Positions 29,440 to 44,453 of a DNA stretch of 64,000 nucleotides are shown piece after piece. Position 1 is the first letter of the stretch, and the number at the start of each line of letters is the position of its first letter. Under the pieces are notes generated by a model, which was given only the letters and a program-made list of their open reading frames with translations, searched no databases and was not told the DNA's origin. The translations under genes and the position numbers were made by a program. Origin of the DNA: an uncultured Gammaproteobacteria bacterium (lineage in GTDB: Bacteria > Pseudomonadota > Gammaproteobacteria > DRLM01); the NCBI GenBank assembly GCA_963729605.1, contig CAVSNY010000007.1, positions 224,001 through 288,000 on the forward strand. The letters are read 5' to 3'.

Positions 29440-31700
29440 GAATTGTCCCTCGCCAGAGGTAAGGTGAACGTGAACACCATGCCACGGGGTTTGTCGGGTT
29501 CCGCCCAGAGACGGCCTTCGTGACTCTCTATTATGGTACGGCTGATGGATAAACCCATACCCATGCCGCCATTTTTTGTGGTGTAAAAGGCATTGAAGAT
29601 GTCGTTGAGGTGATCGTGCGGCACCCCGGGACCGGTGTCGCGCAACGACACCCGCACGCGATTGTTGTCCATGCCGGTCTCGACATGCAAGACGCGGTGG
29701 TCTTGCTTCATCGCCGTCATGGCCTCGAAGGCGTTGTGCGCGATATTGATGATGACTTGTTGTATTTGCGTGGGATTGACCATCACCGGCAAGGGAGTTT
29801 CATGAAGATGCAGGTGTACGGGGATGCCGGCGTTGCGCGCCTCCGGCAGCACCAGATGCACGGCGTGGCGGACCAGCTCGTTGATGTCGGTGGTGATCAG
29901 CACGGGTTTTTCCTTGCTGACGAATTGGCGGACATTGCGCACCACCGCGGCGGCCCTTTCGGTCTGTCCTATCACTTCCTCCAGCGCGTGCAGCAATTGT
30001 TGCGAATCGAGTTGGCCGGCGCGCAGCCGCAAGACGCATCCTTGCACGTAATTGCGCACCGCCGACAAGGGTTGGTTGATATCGTGCGCCAAGGCGGTGG
30101 CCATTTCACCCATGGTGGTCAGGCGCAGGCAGTGGGCCAATTCGTTTTCGTGGCTGCGGAGCAATTCTTGCGCCTTGATTTTATCGGTGATGTCCACCCA
30201 ATAACCCACCACCTCGATAGGGACGTTGTTCTCATCGCGGACCAGGCGTACGTCGTCGTGCAGCCAGCGGTAGTCGCCGTCTTTGGCGCGGAACCGGTAT
30301 TCGCGGTGGTGAGCCCCCTCGCGCAGCAGGGTATCCATGCTTTTCTGCACCGCCATTTTATCGTCCGGATGCACATGCTCGATCCAGAATTGCCGGTCGT
30401 TCAGGAATTCACCGGGTTCATACCCCAGTTGCGCGCGGACGTTGTCGCTGATGAAGGTGGTGGGGCAGTTGCGATCGGGGGCGCAACTGTAAATCATGGC
30501 GGGGGTCGCGGTAAGCAGGTGCTGGAGCCGGCCGTTGAGGGTGAGCAGACGTTGTTTGATGAGTTTGTGTTCCTGGATTTCTTCTTTGAGAAACCGCGAG
30601 GACTGATGGAGGCGGCGATTTAAATGATGGACGTACACCAGCAAGGAGCAGCCGATGATGAAACCGATGCCGATGGCCGTCAACCAGGGCCAGTATTGCT
30701 TGGCCAAATCGGACACGGTGATTTTGCCGAAATCCTGGTAGGGCGGTGCGTGCAGTTCCCGCAACAGGGCGTGGACCGGGGAATAGTCGAGCGGGATGGT
30801 CCATCCCGCGTAATCGCCGGCCTTGGCCGCCTCGCTGTCCGGAGTCATGGACAGCAGGGCGATGGCGATCTTTTCCGCGAGGTCCGCCGGCGCGGTGGGC
30901 AGTTGGGCGAAAGGCCACTCGGGATAAAGCTGAGTGCTCAGTAGAAAGGGAAAATCATTGGCGACCGGGTGCAGCACTTTTATATCTAGAAGATCGATTT
31001 GTCCCCACATGGCCATGGATTCCAGCACGCCGGTGCGCACGCTGCCGGCGTCCGCGCGATTGTTGAGCACCGCGCGCACCACGTTGTCTTGCGGAAAACC
31101 CAGCGGAATCAATTCAAGGTCGCGCAATGAGGGGATGTCGTGCTGCTTGATTTCCCGCCAAGCCATTTGAAAGCCGCCGAAGGCGCCGCTGTCCACCGCG
31201 GCGAAACGGCGGCCGCGCAAATCGGCGAGGGTTTGAATGTCGTGGCGGTCGGCGCGGGTAAAAATCACCGCGCCGAATTGCGTGAGCGGCGCCCCGCCCT
31301 GGATATTTTTGAGGGTGGCGATACGGCTGGCGCCGTAACGGGTCTCGAGTTCAACGTAATGTCCGGGATTGGTCAGTGTAAAGTGCAGGGAATTGGCCGC
31401 CACCGCCCGGTTCATGGCGGGGATGTCCATGGGCAGCAGATTAAAATGGTAGCCATTAAAGGTACGGTTGAGGTAATCCACGGTAGGTGACCAGCGTTGC
31501 AGGGCATAGTCGTTGCCGCGGTGGGCGAGTACACCGATATGGATGGGGATGATTGGGGTTTCCTGCGCCGGCGTGTCGCGAGGCAGGAAAATCAATAAAA
31601 CCGCCATGATTCCCGCGCATGCCACATACCCCCGCCTTGGATGGTGGAATAAAGTGCCGTCTCGCCTGTGGGGGCGGTGTCGGGATAATGAGTGAGGCAT
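29436..31700 (-). CDS. TtrS-like sensor histidine kinase (periplasmic phosphonate-binding-like domain, TM, PAS, HisKA, HATPase)
   Basis: IGVLAHRG...WSP..YL, TNPGHY, AFGGF, GFPQD, STQLYPEWPFA; H-box AHDINQPL; GMGMGLSI. The start is probably downstream of 31700. Confidence 0.85.
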   Translation of the reverse strand: MPHSLSRHRPHRRDGTLFHHPRRGYVACAGIMAVLLIFLPRDTPAQETPIIPIHIGVLAHRGNDYALQRWSPTVDYLNRTFNGYHFNLLPMDIPAMNRAVAANSLHFTLTNPGHYVELETRYGASRIATLKNIQGGAPLTQFGAVIFTRADRHDIQTLADLRGRRFAAVDSGAFGGFQMAWREIKQHDIPSLRDLELIPLGFPQDNVVRAVLNNRADAGSVRTGVLESMAMWGQIDLLDIKVLHPVANDFPFLLSTQLYPEWPFAQLPTAPADLAEKIAIALLSMTPDSEAAKAGDYAGWTIPLDYSPVHALLRELHAPPYQDFGKITVSDLAKQYWPWLTAIGIGFIIGCSLLVYVHHLNRRLHQSSRFLKEEIQEHKLIKQRLLTLNGRLQHLLTATPAMIYSCAPDRNCPTTFISDNVRAQLGYEPGEFLNDRQFWIEHVHPDDKMAVQKSMDTLLREGAHHREYRFRAKDGDYRWLHDDVRLVRDENNVPIEVVGYWVDITDKIKAQELLRSHENELAHCLRLTTMGEMATALAHDINQPLSAVRNYVQGCVLRLRAGQLDSQQLLHALEEVIGQTERAAAVVRNVRQFVSKEKPVLITTDINELVRHAVHLVLPEARNAGIPVHLHLHETPLPVMVNPTQIQQVIINIAHNAFEAMTAMKQDHRVLHVETGMDNNRVRVSLRDTGPGVPHDHLNDIFNAFYTTKNGGMGMGLSISRTIIESHEGRLWAEPDKPRGMVFTFTLPLARDNS

Positions 31701-31857
31701 CCGCTTTTTTAGTGCCCGATTCCCGGGCGATTAAACCAATATCCTTATGATACTGCCGATTGTGGTGGAGTCGGCGCGGCGAAGCAACACGGGGTTTATC
31801 CGGATAGGTCGATTTATCGGGGAACCGCGTTGAGCGGGCGGCGTATCGCCGCCCGGT

Positions 31858-33675
31858 TTACGGGGCGACGGGTGCGATGACGGTCGGCGTCGGCGCGGTG
31901 ATGGACGGCGCGGGGCTTGGATCGATGTTCTGTATTTGCTTCGCGCCCGGCAGTTTTTCCAAGGTATCCAGCACGCGAGTGAGTTTGGCGTCCAAATCGC
32001 GCTGCTGTTTGATCCAGTCGGGGACGCTGCTCACCGTGGCACGCAGTTCGTCATTACCCCAGTAAGCCATCGCGAAACCGACGCTTAACAATAACAAGGC
32101 CATGGCCGCGAGGCCGCTGCGACGCCCCAGCGACATGCGGTCGGGTGAACTTTGCGGATGGGTCGCGGCCGCGGGTTGGAAGACCTTGCGCAGCCCAGCC
32201 GGGCCGAAGCTGAAATCCTGTTTGGCGGAAGGGGCTTGAGGCCCGGCTTGATTCCGTCCGCCGAAGGCGATGTGCACCGGGTCTTCGTCGTTGCTGGCGA
32301 GCGAGAGTTTGGCGCCTTTGAGGTGATTGTCCACCGTGGTGAAAAGGCGCACGTCCTCGAAACCCTGGATGGAATTGTCCTGGGCCTGATTTAAATACAT
32401 GTCGCTGGGGGTGAACAGCGAGTCGATCTGCCGGTCGTCGCGCAGACCGATGGTATTGCGCCACAGCGCCTCCTCGGAGACCCACGCGAAGTTGACCGAT
32501 GATTTTTCTTGTCCGGCCGGGGCCGCGTGAACGCGCGGCGACGCTGCGGGATGATCGCCGTCGGGGAACGTCAGCACCGAACGTTCTTCGTGGTCCGCGC
32601 GCGCGGTATCGCCCGCTTCGCGATAGTGATGGATGACGCGTTTCATGCGATGGCGCGGCACGCTGTTGAGTCCGCCTTTCAGCACGTAGGCATCCAGGCC
32701 TTGCTGCAGGAGCAGAAAGGCGGCCGCGGTGCTGAAGTTGCCGGTGTTGGAATACACCACATAGGATTGGCGGGGATCGAAGCGGTTGGCCTTGAGGCGC
32801 AGCACCGGCATGGGCATGTTGAGGCTGCCGATCAGGCCGTCGGTTTCGAATTCCTCTTGCGAACGGACGTCCACCAGCACCGTATTGGGCCGGGCCATGG
32901 CCTCCTCGAAAGGCATGTGGCGGAGCAGCGGGTTGGCCAGCAAGTCGATGAAATCTTCCTTGGACAGACGTAACAGCGTGCCGTCCTCGATCATGGTGAT
33001 GGAGGCGTTGCGGGTCGCGTCGGTGATGAGCGCCTCTTCACCGAAACCCTGCCCTTCGCGGAGCTCGGCCAACTTGACATCGCGCGCCCGCGGCGCGGGG
33101 CGGCGGGAGACGCTGCAGCGGCCTTTTTTGATGACGTAGTAACAGTCGGCGATGCCGTCCTGATGGATGATGACTTGGCCGGCTTGGGTCTGGATTTCCT
33201 CCATGCGTCGCAACAAGACCTCGATATTGGCGTGCGGCATGTGGCGGAATAGGGGCGACTGCAGCCATCTGGTCTTCCACACACCGCCCGAGCGATCGGC
33301 GGCTTCGGCGTTCTCCGGGGCGGCGTGGTTCAGCAGATCGGAGATGTCGGCGTTGATGATCAGCAACCGGACGCGGGTCAGGGCGCGGGCGGTGACGGTG
33401 CGGGGCAGGTGATGGGCCAGCGGGTAGCGGGCGGTCTCCGTGTCGGCCCGCACCCGTTCTTCGGCGGACAAGGGCGAGGTCAACGCGATGTCGCCTTCCA
33501 GCAGATAAATCGTGGTCCGCGCCGCGTCGCCACGTTCGAACAGGGTGTGTCCGGCGGGGAGAATATGTTCTTTTGCATTCCGCAGGAGTTGTTCGAGGGC
33601 AGGCCGGCTAAAGTCGCCGAGCGGGATGAGGTTTTGAAGTAACGCGTCGTCGATCTGCTTGCGTGCTGTGGCCAT
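31858..33675 (-). CDS. Tandem cyclic-nucleotide-binding domains plus a rhodanese-like domain and a C-terminal TM
   Basis: cNMP motifs (LFERGD, GQGFGEEALI..ATRNASI); rhodanese-like VDVRSQEEF and YVLKGGL. Confidence 0.8.
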   Translation of the reverse strand: MATARKQIDDALLQNLIPLGDFSRPALEQLLRNAKEHILPAGHTLFERGDAARTTIYLLEGDIALTSPLSAEERVRADTETARYPLAHHLPRTVTARALTRVRLLIINADISDLLNHAAPENAEAADRSGGVWKTRWLQSPLFRHMPHANIEVLLRRMEEIQTQAGQVIIHQDGIADCYYVIKKGRCSVSRRPAPRARDVKLAELREGQGFGEEALITDATRNASITMIEDGTLLRLSKEDFIDLLANPLLRHMPFEEAMARPNTVLVDVRSQEEFETDGLIGSLNMPMPVLRLKANRFDPRQSYVVYSNTGNFSTAAAFLLLQQGLDAYVLKGGLNSVPRHRMKRVIHHYREAGDTARADHEERSVLTFPDGDHPAASPRVHAAPAGQEKSSVNFAWVSEEALWRNTIGLRDDRQIDSLFTPSDMYLNQAQDNSIQGFEDVRLFTTVDNHLKGAKLSLASNDEDPVHIAFGGRNQAGPQAPSAKQDFSFGPAGLRKVFQPAAATHPQSSPDRMSLGRRSGLAAMALLLLSVGFAMAYWGNDELRATVSSVPDWIKQQRDLDAKLTRVLDTLEKLPGAKQIQNIDPSPAPSITAPTPTVIAPVAP

Positions 33676-33946
33676 GATGACTGTACCGCCTTAAGTGAGG
33701 GTTTGCCGTTGCCGGTGTTTCGCCGCGGCGGGCCCTGTGGTCATACCCCTGTTTTCGGGAAGAGTGGGCCGGAGCGTGAGGCGCGAGTGTGACCGGCTTC
33801 ACAGGGCTTGTGCCAAGGAGCCCGCGAACCGGAGAGATTCTCTTGTTCGCGGGGGTCGCGGCGAGATTTTTGACGCGTCAGTCCTTGTGGATCGCCGTAA
33901 ATCAAAGATCGCCCGGCGCGTTATGATGTCTTGGTTCTAAATCTAA

Positions 33947-34055
33947 GGAACCTTGGATTTATTTCTGCGGTGCCGGGGTGTACCGCCCTTTTCAAGGGTG
34001 TTAGCCGTTGAAAATGCCCGGTCTGAAAATTCCAGGATGGAATTATTCAGCTTTC
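33947..34055 (+). mobile_element. Internally deleted copy of the IS5-like MITE
   Basis: CTAA|GGAACCTTGGATTTATTTC...GTTGAAAATG...CTGAAAATTCCAGGATGGAATTATTCAGCTTTC|TTAA. Confidence 0.65.
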
Positions 34056-34108
34056 TTAAATTACGCGGATGGGTTGGCGATGGACGCGATGCGATGGGTT
34101 ACAACAAG

Positions 34109-34639
34109 ATGAGCGATGAACGGATACGGGTAGCCTTGTTGTCCGATACCCACGGCGAGCTGGACCCGCGAGTGGCTGGCGCGGTCGCTGCTTGTGATTA
34201 TGCGCTGCATGCCGGCGACGTCGGCGCGGCGGCGGTGTTGCGCGCCTTGCGGCCGCGCCGGCGGGTGATCGCGGTGCGGGGCAACAACGATACGCCGGCG
34301 CATTGGCCGGCGGACGAGGCCGTGCTGTTGGCGGCCCTGCCGGAGGAAGCGATATTGACCCTGCCGGGCGGACAGGTGGCGGTGATCCATGGCCATCAGG
34401 CGGGTGAGCCCGTCCGTCGTCATGAAAATTTGCGTCGGCGTTTTCCCGAGGCGCGGCTGGTGGTCTATGGCCACAGCCATCGACGCTTGATCGACCAAAG
34501 CCGGACGCCCTGGGTCATCAACCCCGGCGCGGCGGGCAGGTCGCGCACCTACGGCGGCCCCTCCTTGGTGATTCTGGAAGCGGACCTGGCGGATTGGCGG
34601 GTGGAGGCGCTGTGTTTCAGCGGGCCGCCCGGGGCTTGA
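34109..34639 (+). CDS. YfcE-like metallophosphoesterase
   Basis: LSDTHG, HAGD, VRGNND, HGH, YGHSH, NPGA. Confidence 0.9.
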   Translation: MSDERIRVALLSDTHGELDPRVAGAVAACDYALHAGDVGAAAVLRALRPRRRVIAVRGNNDTPAHWPADEAVLLAALPEEAILTLPGGQVAVIHGHQAGEPVRRHENLRRRFPEARLVVYGHSHRRLIDQSRTPWVINPGAAGRSRTYGGPSLVILEADLADWRVEALCFSGPPGA

Positions 34640-34797
34640 GCGGGAAACACAAAGAAAGCGAGCCGCCAAGGCGTCAAGGGGAGGTCATTGATAAAGATTT
34701 TTTTTGGCGTGCCGGGCGCCTTGGCGGTTCAAGTTAAGGCCCTGAGCGCGGCTACGGATCACCGGGATCGCGGCGTCGCGTCGCCGGGCCTGCCCGC

Positions 34798-35877
34798 TCA
34801 GCGGTTTTTGGTGGAAGCGGCCCGCTGTTTGCGCGAGACGGCGGCCGGTTTGGCCTGCGGCAGTGTCGCGCAGCCCTCGATCAAGGTGAGTTTCACTTGG
34901 TTGCGCCCGGCCTGTTTGGCTTGATAGAGCGACTGGTCGGCCTGCAAAGTAATGTCTTGCCAGCTGGCGCAGCGGGCGTGGGCCCCCTCCAGATACCCGA
35001 TGCCCCCGCTCATGGTGACGTAGCGGTGGGGATTGGTGTCGTGGCGGATTTGCAATTCGGCGAGCCCGGTCACCAGACGCTCGGCCATGATCCGCGCGCC
35101 CTCCGCGGTGGTTTCCGGCAGGAGCAGCAGCAATTCTTCGCCGCCGTAGCGATAGAGCCGGTCGGCGGTGCGGATGCGGCTTTGGACGAAGCGGCAGACC
35201 TGAATGAGGGCCTGATCGCCGGCGGGATGCCCGTAATGGTCGTTATAGTTTTTGAAGAAGTCGATGTCGAACAAGGCTACGGCGTAAGGCCGTTTGTAGC
35301 GCTGGGCGGTGGCGTGGGTGTGGTCAAGATCGGCTTCCATGGCCCGCCGATTGCCGATGCCGAGCAGGCCGTCTTCCAGCGACAGGGCCCGCAGTTTCTC
35401 GTTGGCCTTTTCCAGTTCCTGGGTCCGTTCGTTGACCAGCTTTTCGATGAGTTCGCGGTGTTGCTCGATCAAGACCAGGTGCGCCCGCATCATGTCGGAC
35501 TGGGTGATCAGGCCGCACAGCTGGTCTTGGTCGTTGACCACCGGCAGGTGGCGAATGCCGCGCGCCCGCGCGATCACCAGGGCCTCGAACAGGCTGGCCG
35601 ATTCCTTGATGACGATGGGCGGATATGACATGCATTGCGCGGCGCGCATATCCGCGTGGACGGTTTTCTGGGCGAAGATTTCCGAGAGGATGCGCACCAT
35701 GTCGCGTTCGGTGATGATGCCGACCGGGCTGTTGTTTTCGGCCACCACCATGCAGGAATAGCGGTTGTCACGCATTTTATGGATCACATCTATCATCAGC
35801 GTATCCGGTGCGACGCAAACGATATTCTTATTCATTACCGCGGTGATTAAGCTTTGCTCGCTGGTAGGCGTGGTCAT
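34798..35877 (-). CDS. CBS-domain diguanylate cyclase
   Basis: CBS pair (GIITERD, HLPVV), DIDFFK.YNDHYGH, RYGGEEL. Confidence 0.9.
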   Translation of the reverse strand: MTTPTSEQSLITAVMNKNIVCVAPDTLMIDVIHKMRDNRYSCMVVAENNSPVGIITERDMVRILSEIFAQKTVHADMRAAQCMSYPPIVIKESASLFEALVIARARGIRHLPVVNDQDQLCGLITQSDMMRAHLVLIEQHRELIEKLVNERTQELEKANEKLRALSLEDGLLGIGNRRAMEADLDHTHATAQRYKRPYAVALFDIDFFKNYNDHYGHPAGDQALIQVCRFVQSRIRTADRLYRYGGEELLLLLPETTAEGARIMAERLVTGLAELQIRHDTNPHRYVTMSGGIGYLEGAHARCASWQDITLQADQSLYQAKQAGRNQVKLTLIEGCATLPQAKPAAVSRKQRAASTKNR

Positions 35878-35996
35878 GGTCAGGGGCCGTTTTTCTAGTG
35901 TCCGGTCAGGTTATCGGTAGTAACGGTGAGGATTTGATAGCCGCCCTGGTTTTTTTATGGCTCGCCCGGAGGGAGGCTGAAAGTGGGTGGCCCGGC

Positions 35997-36788
35997 TCAG
36001 CGCAGCAGGCGCGCCCACCAGGGGCCGTTGCGCTTATGGAGGCGGTGGGCGAGTTTGCCGAGCGGAAGCCCACAGCGTTCTTCCAGGTCGGTTACCGCCG
36101 CCGGCAGCGGGGCCGCGCCGAGTTTGGGCAGGGGGTAGCGGGCGTTCAGGGTGATGACGTTGGCGGTGCCTTCGGAGGGGAGCTGCAAGGGGGGCGTGCC
36201 GAAACACCGCTGTAGATTGGCGAGGGTGTGTTTGTAGCGGGCGCGTTCCCGGCCCCACAAGTTGGTGACCAGCAAACCCCGCGGCGCGAGCCAGGCCCGG
36301 CAGGCCTCCAGAAAAGCCGGCTCTTCCGTGCCCGCCGCCATGCCCCGTTCGTCGTAGACGTCGAGCAGGATCAGGTCGTAAGCCTCGTCGGGCGGTTTTT
36401 GGATGAAGTGTCCGGCGTCTTCGATATGGACCCGCAGGCGCGGTACGTCCGGGAGTTGAAAATAGCCGAAGGCCAGTTTGGCCACGGCGGCCCGGTGTTC
36501 CACCGCGTGCACCTCGCATTCGGGAAAATGGCGGAGCAGAAACTTGGCCAGCGAACCGCCCCCCAAGCCGATGATCAGGACCCGGCCGGGCGCCGGTTGG
36601 AACAGCAGGCAACTCATCATGGCGCAGGTGTAGGCGAGCGCCAGGTGGTCGGGATGATGGTGGACCATGGCGCTTTGACGGATGTGGTTGCCGAAATGCA
36701 GGCTGCGGGTCAGGACGTCATCGACGATTTCCAGGCTGCCGTGCTCGTCGCGGGAGCGGTGGATCAGCGTGCCATGGTATTTACGCAT
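35997..36788 (-). CDS. Spermidine-synthase-like SAM-dependent transferase
   Basis: RSLHF...QSAM, LIIGLGGGSLAKF, YDLILLD. Confidence 0.8.
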   Translation of the reverse strand: MRKYHGTLIHRSRDEHGSLEIVDDVLTRSLHFGNHIRQSAMVHHHPDHLALAYTCAMMSCLLFQPAPGRVLIIGLGGGSLAKFLLRHFPECEVHAVEHRAAVAKLAFGYFQLPDVPRLRVHIEDAGHFIQKPPDEAYDLILLDVYDERGMAAGTEEPAFLEACRAWLAPRGLLVTNLWGRERARYKHTLANLQRCFGTPPLQLPSEGTANVITLNARYPLPKLGAAPLPAAVTDLEERCGLPLGKLAHRLHKRNGPWWARLLR

Positions 36789-36830
36789 TGCCCGATCAGG
36801 TGTGGAAACGGGAATTTGCGCGGTCGGGGT

Positions 36831-37127
36831 TCACGGCGCGTCGTCATCACCGCCGGGTATCTCTTGCATGCGCAGTTGATTGGCCTTGGCGAAGGCCAGC
36901 ACGTATTCATAGGCGGCCGGGTTTTCCTGGCGCAGCATCAGGTCCACCACCAGACACTTCCGACCGTTGATGATTTTGGGCTGTACGCCGCGCGCGTAAC
37001 GCAGGCGGTGGTCGGGACCGAAGGTGGCCAGGGTGGCGGAGATGCGTTCGATCCAGTCGCTGGGCCGGAACTGACTGCCATCTTCACGGATACCTTCGAT
37101 GATGAGCTTTTGAGTGGGTCGATTCAT
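36831..37127 (-). CDS. DUF3579 family protein
   Basis: IEGI..DG..FRPSDW.ER, F..ANQL motif. Confidence 0.75.
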   Translation of the reverse strand: MNRPTQKLIIEGIREDGSQFRPSDWIERISATLATFGPDHRLRYARGVQPKIINGRKCLVVDLMLRQENPAAYEYVLAFAKANQLRMQEIPGGDDDAP

Positions 37128-37517
37128 GTAACTGCTAATAATTCCGGATTTTTTGGCGTGGTGAGGGCGGCTCAAACTCAAGGCGGTCGGACCAGCGCCG
37201 AGGCAATAATAGTAGTCTAATGACGCGCTATTTTTGCACAAAATCATGGTGACTTGGACCGTAGACCGCAAAAAGAATTTTTTCGTGGTCCGCCGCGGCC
37301 GGCGCGGCGTGGCCTCGCGGGCCGCGAAACGCCCTTGGCGCGCGGCCCGGACGGGCGTTGACCTTGCCCGCGCTTAGGAGTATTCCTGTCGGCCTGACGC
37401 CAGCGGGGCCGGGTCTGCTTCAAACGCGGGACCGGCTCCGCCGACGACCTAAAGTTGTCATCGCTTTGGGCGACAAATGGGACAGGGAATCAATAATCAA
37501 GGCGGCTTGGACGAAGC

Positions 37518-40352
<2,835 letters not shown>

Positions 40353-40363
40353 AGGAAAAAATC

Positions 40364-41557
40364 ATGCGCATCGAAGTAAAAGTACCGGCCTTGCCCGAAT
40401 CGGTGGCCGACGCCACCCTCGCCAAATGGCACAAGCAAGCGGGGCAAAGCGTGCGCCGCGATGAAAATCTGGTGGACCTCGAAACCGACAAGGTGATGCT
40501 GGAGATCGTCGCGCCGCAGGACGGCGTGCTCGCCGAGATCAAGCAAGCCGACGGTGCGCTGGTGAAGGGCGGCGAAGTGGTGGCGGTGATCGACACCGAC
40601 GGCGCGGCGGCCGCGCCCTCCGCGCCGGCCGGTGCGCCTGCACCCGCTGCCGCACCGTTGGCGAAGACGGATACGGAAGCGCCGCCGTTGTCCCCCGCGG
40701 TGCGCAAACTGGTGGCGGAACAGGCGTTGAATCCCGCGCAGATTTCCGGCAGCGGCAAAGGCGGCCGGATCACCAAGGGTGATGTGATCCGCCATCTGGA
40801 ACAGCCCGCCGTGCCGACGCCGTCGCCGAGTGTCGCCGCCGCGCCGCCGCGCGGCGGGCGCAGCGAACAACGGGTACCCATGACCCGCTTGCGGGCGCGC
40901 ATCGCCGAACGTTTGGTCGAGGCGCAGCACACCGCCGCCATGCTCACCACCTTCAACGAGGTGAACATGCAGCCGGTGATGAATTTGCGCAAACGTTACC
41001 AGGACGATTTTCAAAAGAAGTACGGCAGCAAGCTGGGTTTCATGTCCTTCTTCATCAAGGCCGCGGTCGAGGCGCTCAAACAATATCCGGTGGTCAACGC
41101 CTCCATCGACGGCGGCGACGTGCTCTATCACAACTACTTCGACGTCGGCGTGGCGGTGAGCACGACGCGCGGCCTGGTGGTGCCCGTCATCCGCGACGCC
41201 GATATGTTGTCCTTCGCCGAATTGGAGCAGACCGTGGTGGACTACGCCAATCGCGGCCGCGACGGCAAACTCACCCTGGAAGAACTGACCGGCGGCACCT
41301 TCACCATCACCAACGGCGGCGTGTTCGGCTCGCTGTTGTCCACGCCCATCCTCAATCCGCCGCAGAGCGCGATCCTCGGTATGCACAAGATCGCCGAACG
41401 GGCGATGGTCGAGAACGGCCAGATCGTCGCGCGGCCCATGATGTATCTGGCGCTGTCCTACGATCACCGCCTGGTGGACGGCCACGACGCGGTGCGATTC
41501 CTGGTGACCATCAAGGACATGCTGGAAGATCCCGCGCGGCTGTTGTTGCAGGTGTGA
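40364..41557 (+). CDS. sucB: Dihydrolipoamide succinyltransferase E2
   Basis: Lipoyl motif ETDKV, E3-binding domain, SYDHRLVDG. Confidence 0.97.
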   Translation: MRIEVKVPALPESVADATLAKWHKQAGQSVRRDENLVDLETDKVMLEIVAPQDGVLAEIKQADGALVKGGEVVAVIDTDGAAAAPSAPAGAPAPAAAPLAKTDTEAPPLSPAVRKLVAEQALNPAQISGSGKGGRITKGDVIRHLEQPAVPTPSPSVAAAPPRGGRSEQRVPMTRLRARIAERLVEAQHTAAMLTTFNEVNMQPVMNLRKRYQDDFQKKYGSKLGFMSFFIKAAVEALKQYPVVNASIDGGDVLYHNYFDVGVAVSTTRGLVVPVIRDADMLSFAELEQTVVDYANRGRDGKLTLEELTGGTFTITNGGVFGSLLSTPILNPPQSAILGMHKIAERAMVENGQIVARPMMYLALSYDHRLVDGHDAVRFLVTIKDMLEDPARLLLQV

Positions 41558-41639
41558 GGAGAACGGGCGAAGAATAACGGTGGATAGCTCGGAGCGGTAC
41601 TGATGAAGCACATCAACCCGATCGCGTTTCGCGGCTTGA

Positions 41640-41897
41640 CCGCCCCGGCGGCGTGCGCCGCCACCCCTTCTTATTCAAGGAGGGTCTGCCCGATTGCAGC
41701 GGGGTGGCCTTGGGCGGGAGTTTTGTCCGTGTTGGTGAGGCGAGGCGCTTCGCTTCTCTCTCGGTCAGTGGTGCGAGGTGTTGCGTTTTTTTCTACGCCA
41801 GTGGTGCGAGGCGCGCCGTTTTCCCTGGCTGACCAGCGCATGACTTGGTTCCTCCCCTCCTCGATGAGGAGGGGTGCCCCGCAGGGGCGGGGTGGTG
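41640..41897. repeat. Inverted REP-like pair enclosing three 33-bp tandem repeats
   Basis: REP-like hairpins at about 41640-41685 and 41848-41897. GCGAGG recurs at 41740, 41773 and 41806 within (c/t)(a/g)GTG(g)(t)GCGAGG units. Confidence 0.6.
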
Positions 41898-42012
41898 AAG
41901 CGCGCGGCATGATTCGCGATTGTCTGAATGCTCTCTGGGTCTCCAAACGGGTGAATTCGAATTATCGGCGCTCACCCGTGCCCTGTGCTGACTGAGTAAA
42001 CGAGGATGTGGT

Positions 42013-43428
<1,416 letters not shown>

Positions 43429-43551
43429 GTTGAACCGATTCGTTGGCGTGATTATCGCCTCGGCGGGCATTCCGTAACGCGGCCGGCTTTGATTGAAGCA
43501 AAGTCCGCCGGTGTCGATATATCAGCTTAGGCCCCGCACGGCATCGCCAGC

Positions 43552-44391
43552 GTGAAGATAGAAAAGCAATTTCTCTCCGCCTTCCTCGAAGACCTCAACC
43601 GCAATCGCGTGGTATTGCCCACCTTGCCGGAGGTGGCGGTACAGGTGCGCAAGCTGGCCAACGACCCCGCCGTTACGGCGCGCCAGATGGCGCGTGTCTT
43701 GAGCACCGATCCGGCCTTGTCCGCCCGCCTGTTGAAGGTGGTGAACAGTACGGTGTTCCGCGGCCGCGAAAAGATCGAAAATATTCAAAACGCCGTGGCG
43801 CGGCTCGGCGCCCTGCAATTGCGCAATCTCGTCACCACCCTGGTGATGCAGCAGTTGTATCAGGCCAAAGGCACGCAACACACCCGGCAACGGTTGAAAG
43901 AGCTGTGGGTGCACAGCGCCAAGGTCGCGGCACTGAGTTACGTGATCGCCCAGCGTTTCACCCGTCTCGAACCGGATCAGGCGATGCTGAGCGGGTTGAT
44001 CCACGACATCGGCGTATTGCCCATCCTGCGGCGCGCCGAGGCCTATCCGCAGTTGGCCGGCGATCCGATCGCGCTCGAAGAGGTGATCAAACACCTGCAC
44101 GCCATCATCGGTCCGATCATTTTGGATGAATGGGGATTTTCGCCGGAGCTGGTGGCGGTGACGTCGCAACACGAAGATGTGTGGCGCAACGGCGGTCCCG
44201 AACTCGATTACGCCGATGTGGTGATCGTCGCCAATCTGCACAGCCATCTCGGCAGCGGCCATCGCCTGACCCAAATGGATTGGGGCGACATCCCCGCCTT
44301 CACCAAACTCGGACTCACGCCCAAAGAAAGCATCGCCACGCTCGACGCGGCGCGCGAAGAATTGCAGGAAGTCCGCAGCCTGTTCGTGTGA
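43552..44391 (+). CDS. HDOD domain protein
   Basis: LPTLPEVA, DPALSARLLKVVNS, GLIHDIG. Confidence 0.9.
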   Translation: MKIEKQFLSAFLEDLNRNRVVLPTLPEVAVQVRKLANDPAVTARQMARVLSTDPALSARLLKVVNSTVFRGREKIENIQNAVARLGALQLRNLVTTLVMQQLYQAKGTQHTRQRLKELWVHSAKVAALSYVIAQRFTRLEPDQAMLSGLIHDIGVLPILRRAEAYPQLAGDPIALEEVIKHLHAIIGPIILDEWGFSPELVAVTSQHEDVWRNGGPELDYADVVIVANLHSHLGSGHRLTQMDWGDIPAFTKLGLTPKESIATLDAAREELQEVRSLFV

Positions 44392-44453
44392 TCCTCGCCA
44401 CCCGCGCGTTTATCTGACGGCGCCGGCCTCAAATCCACCGCGCCCCGCGCCGA

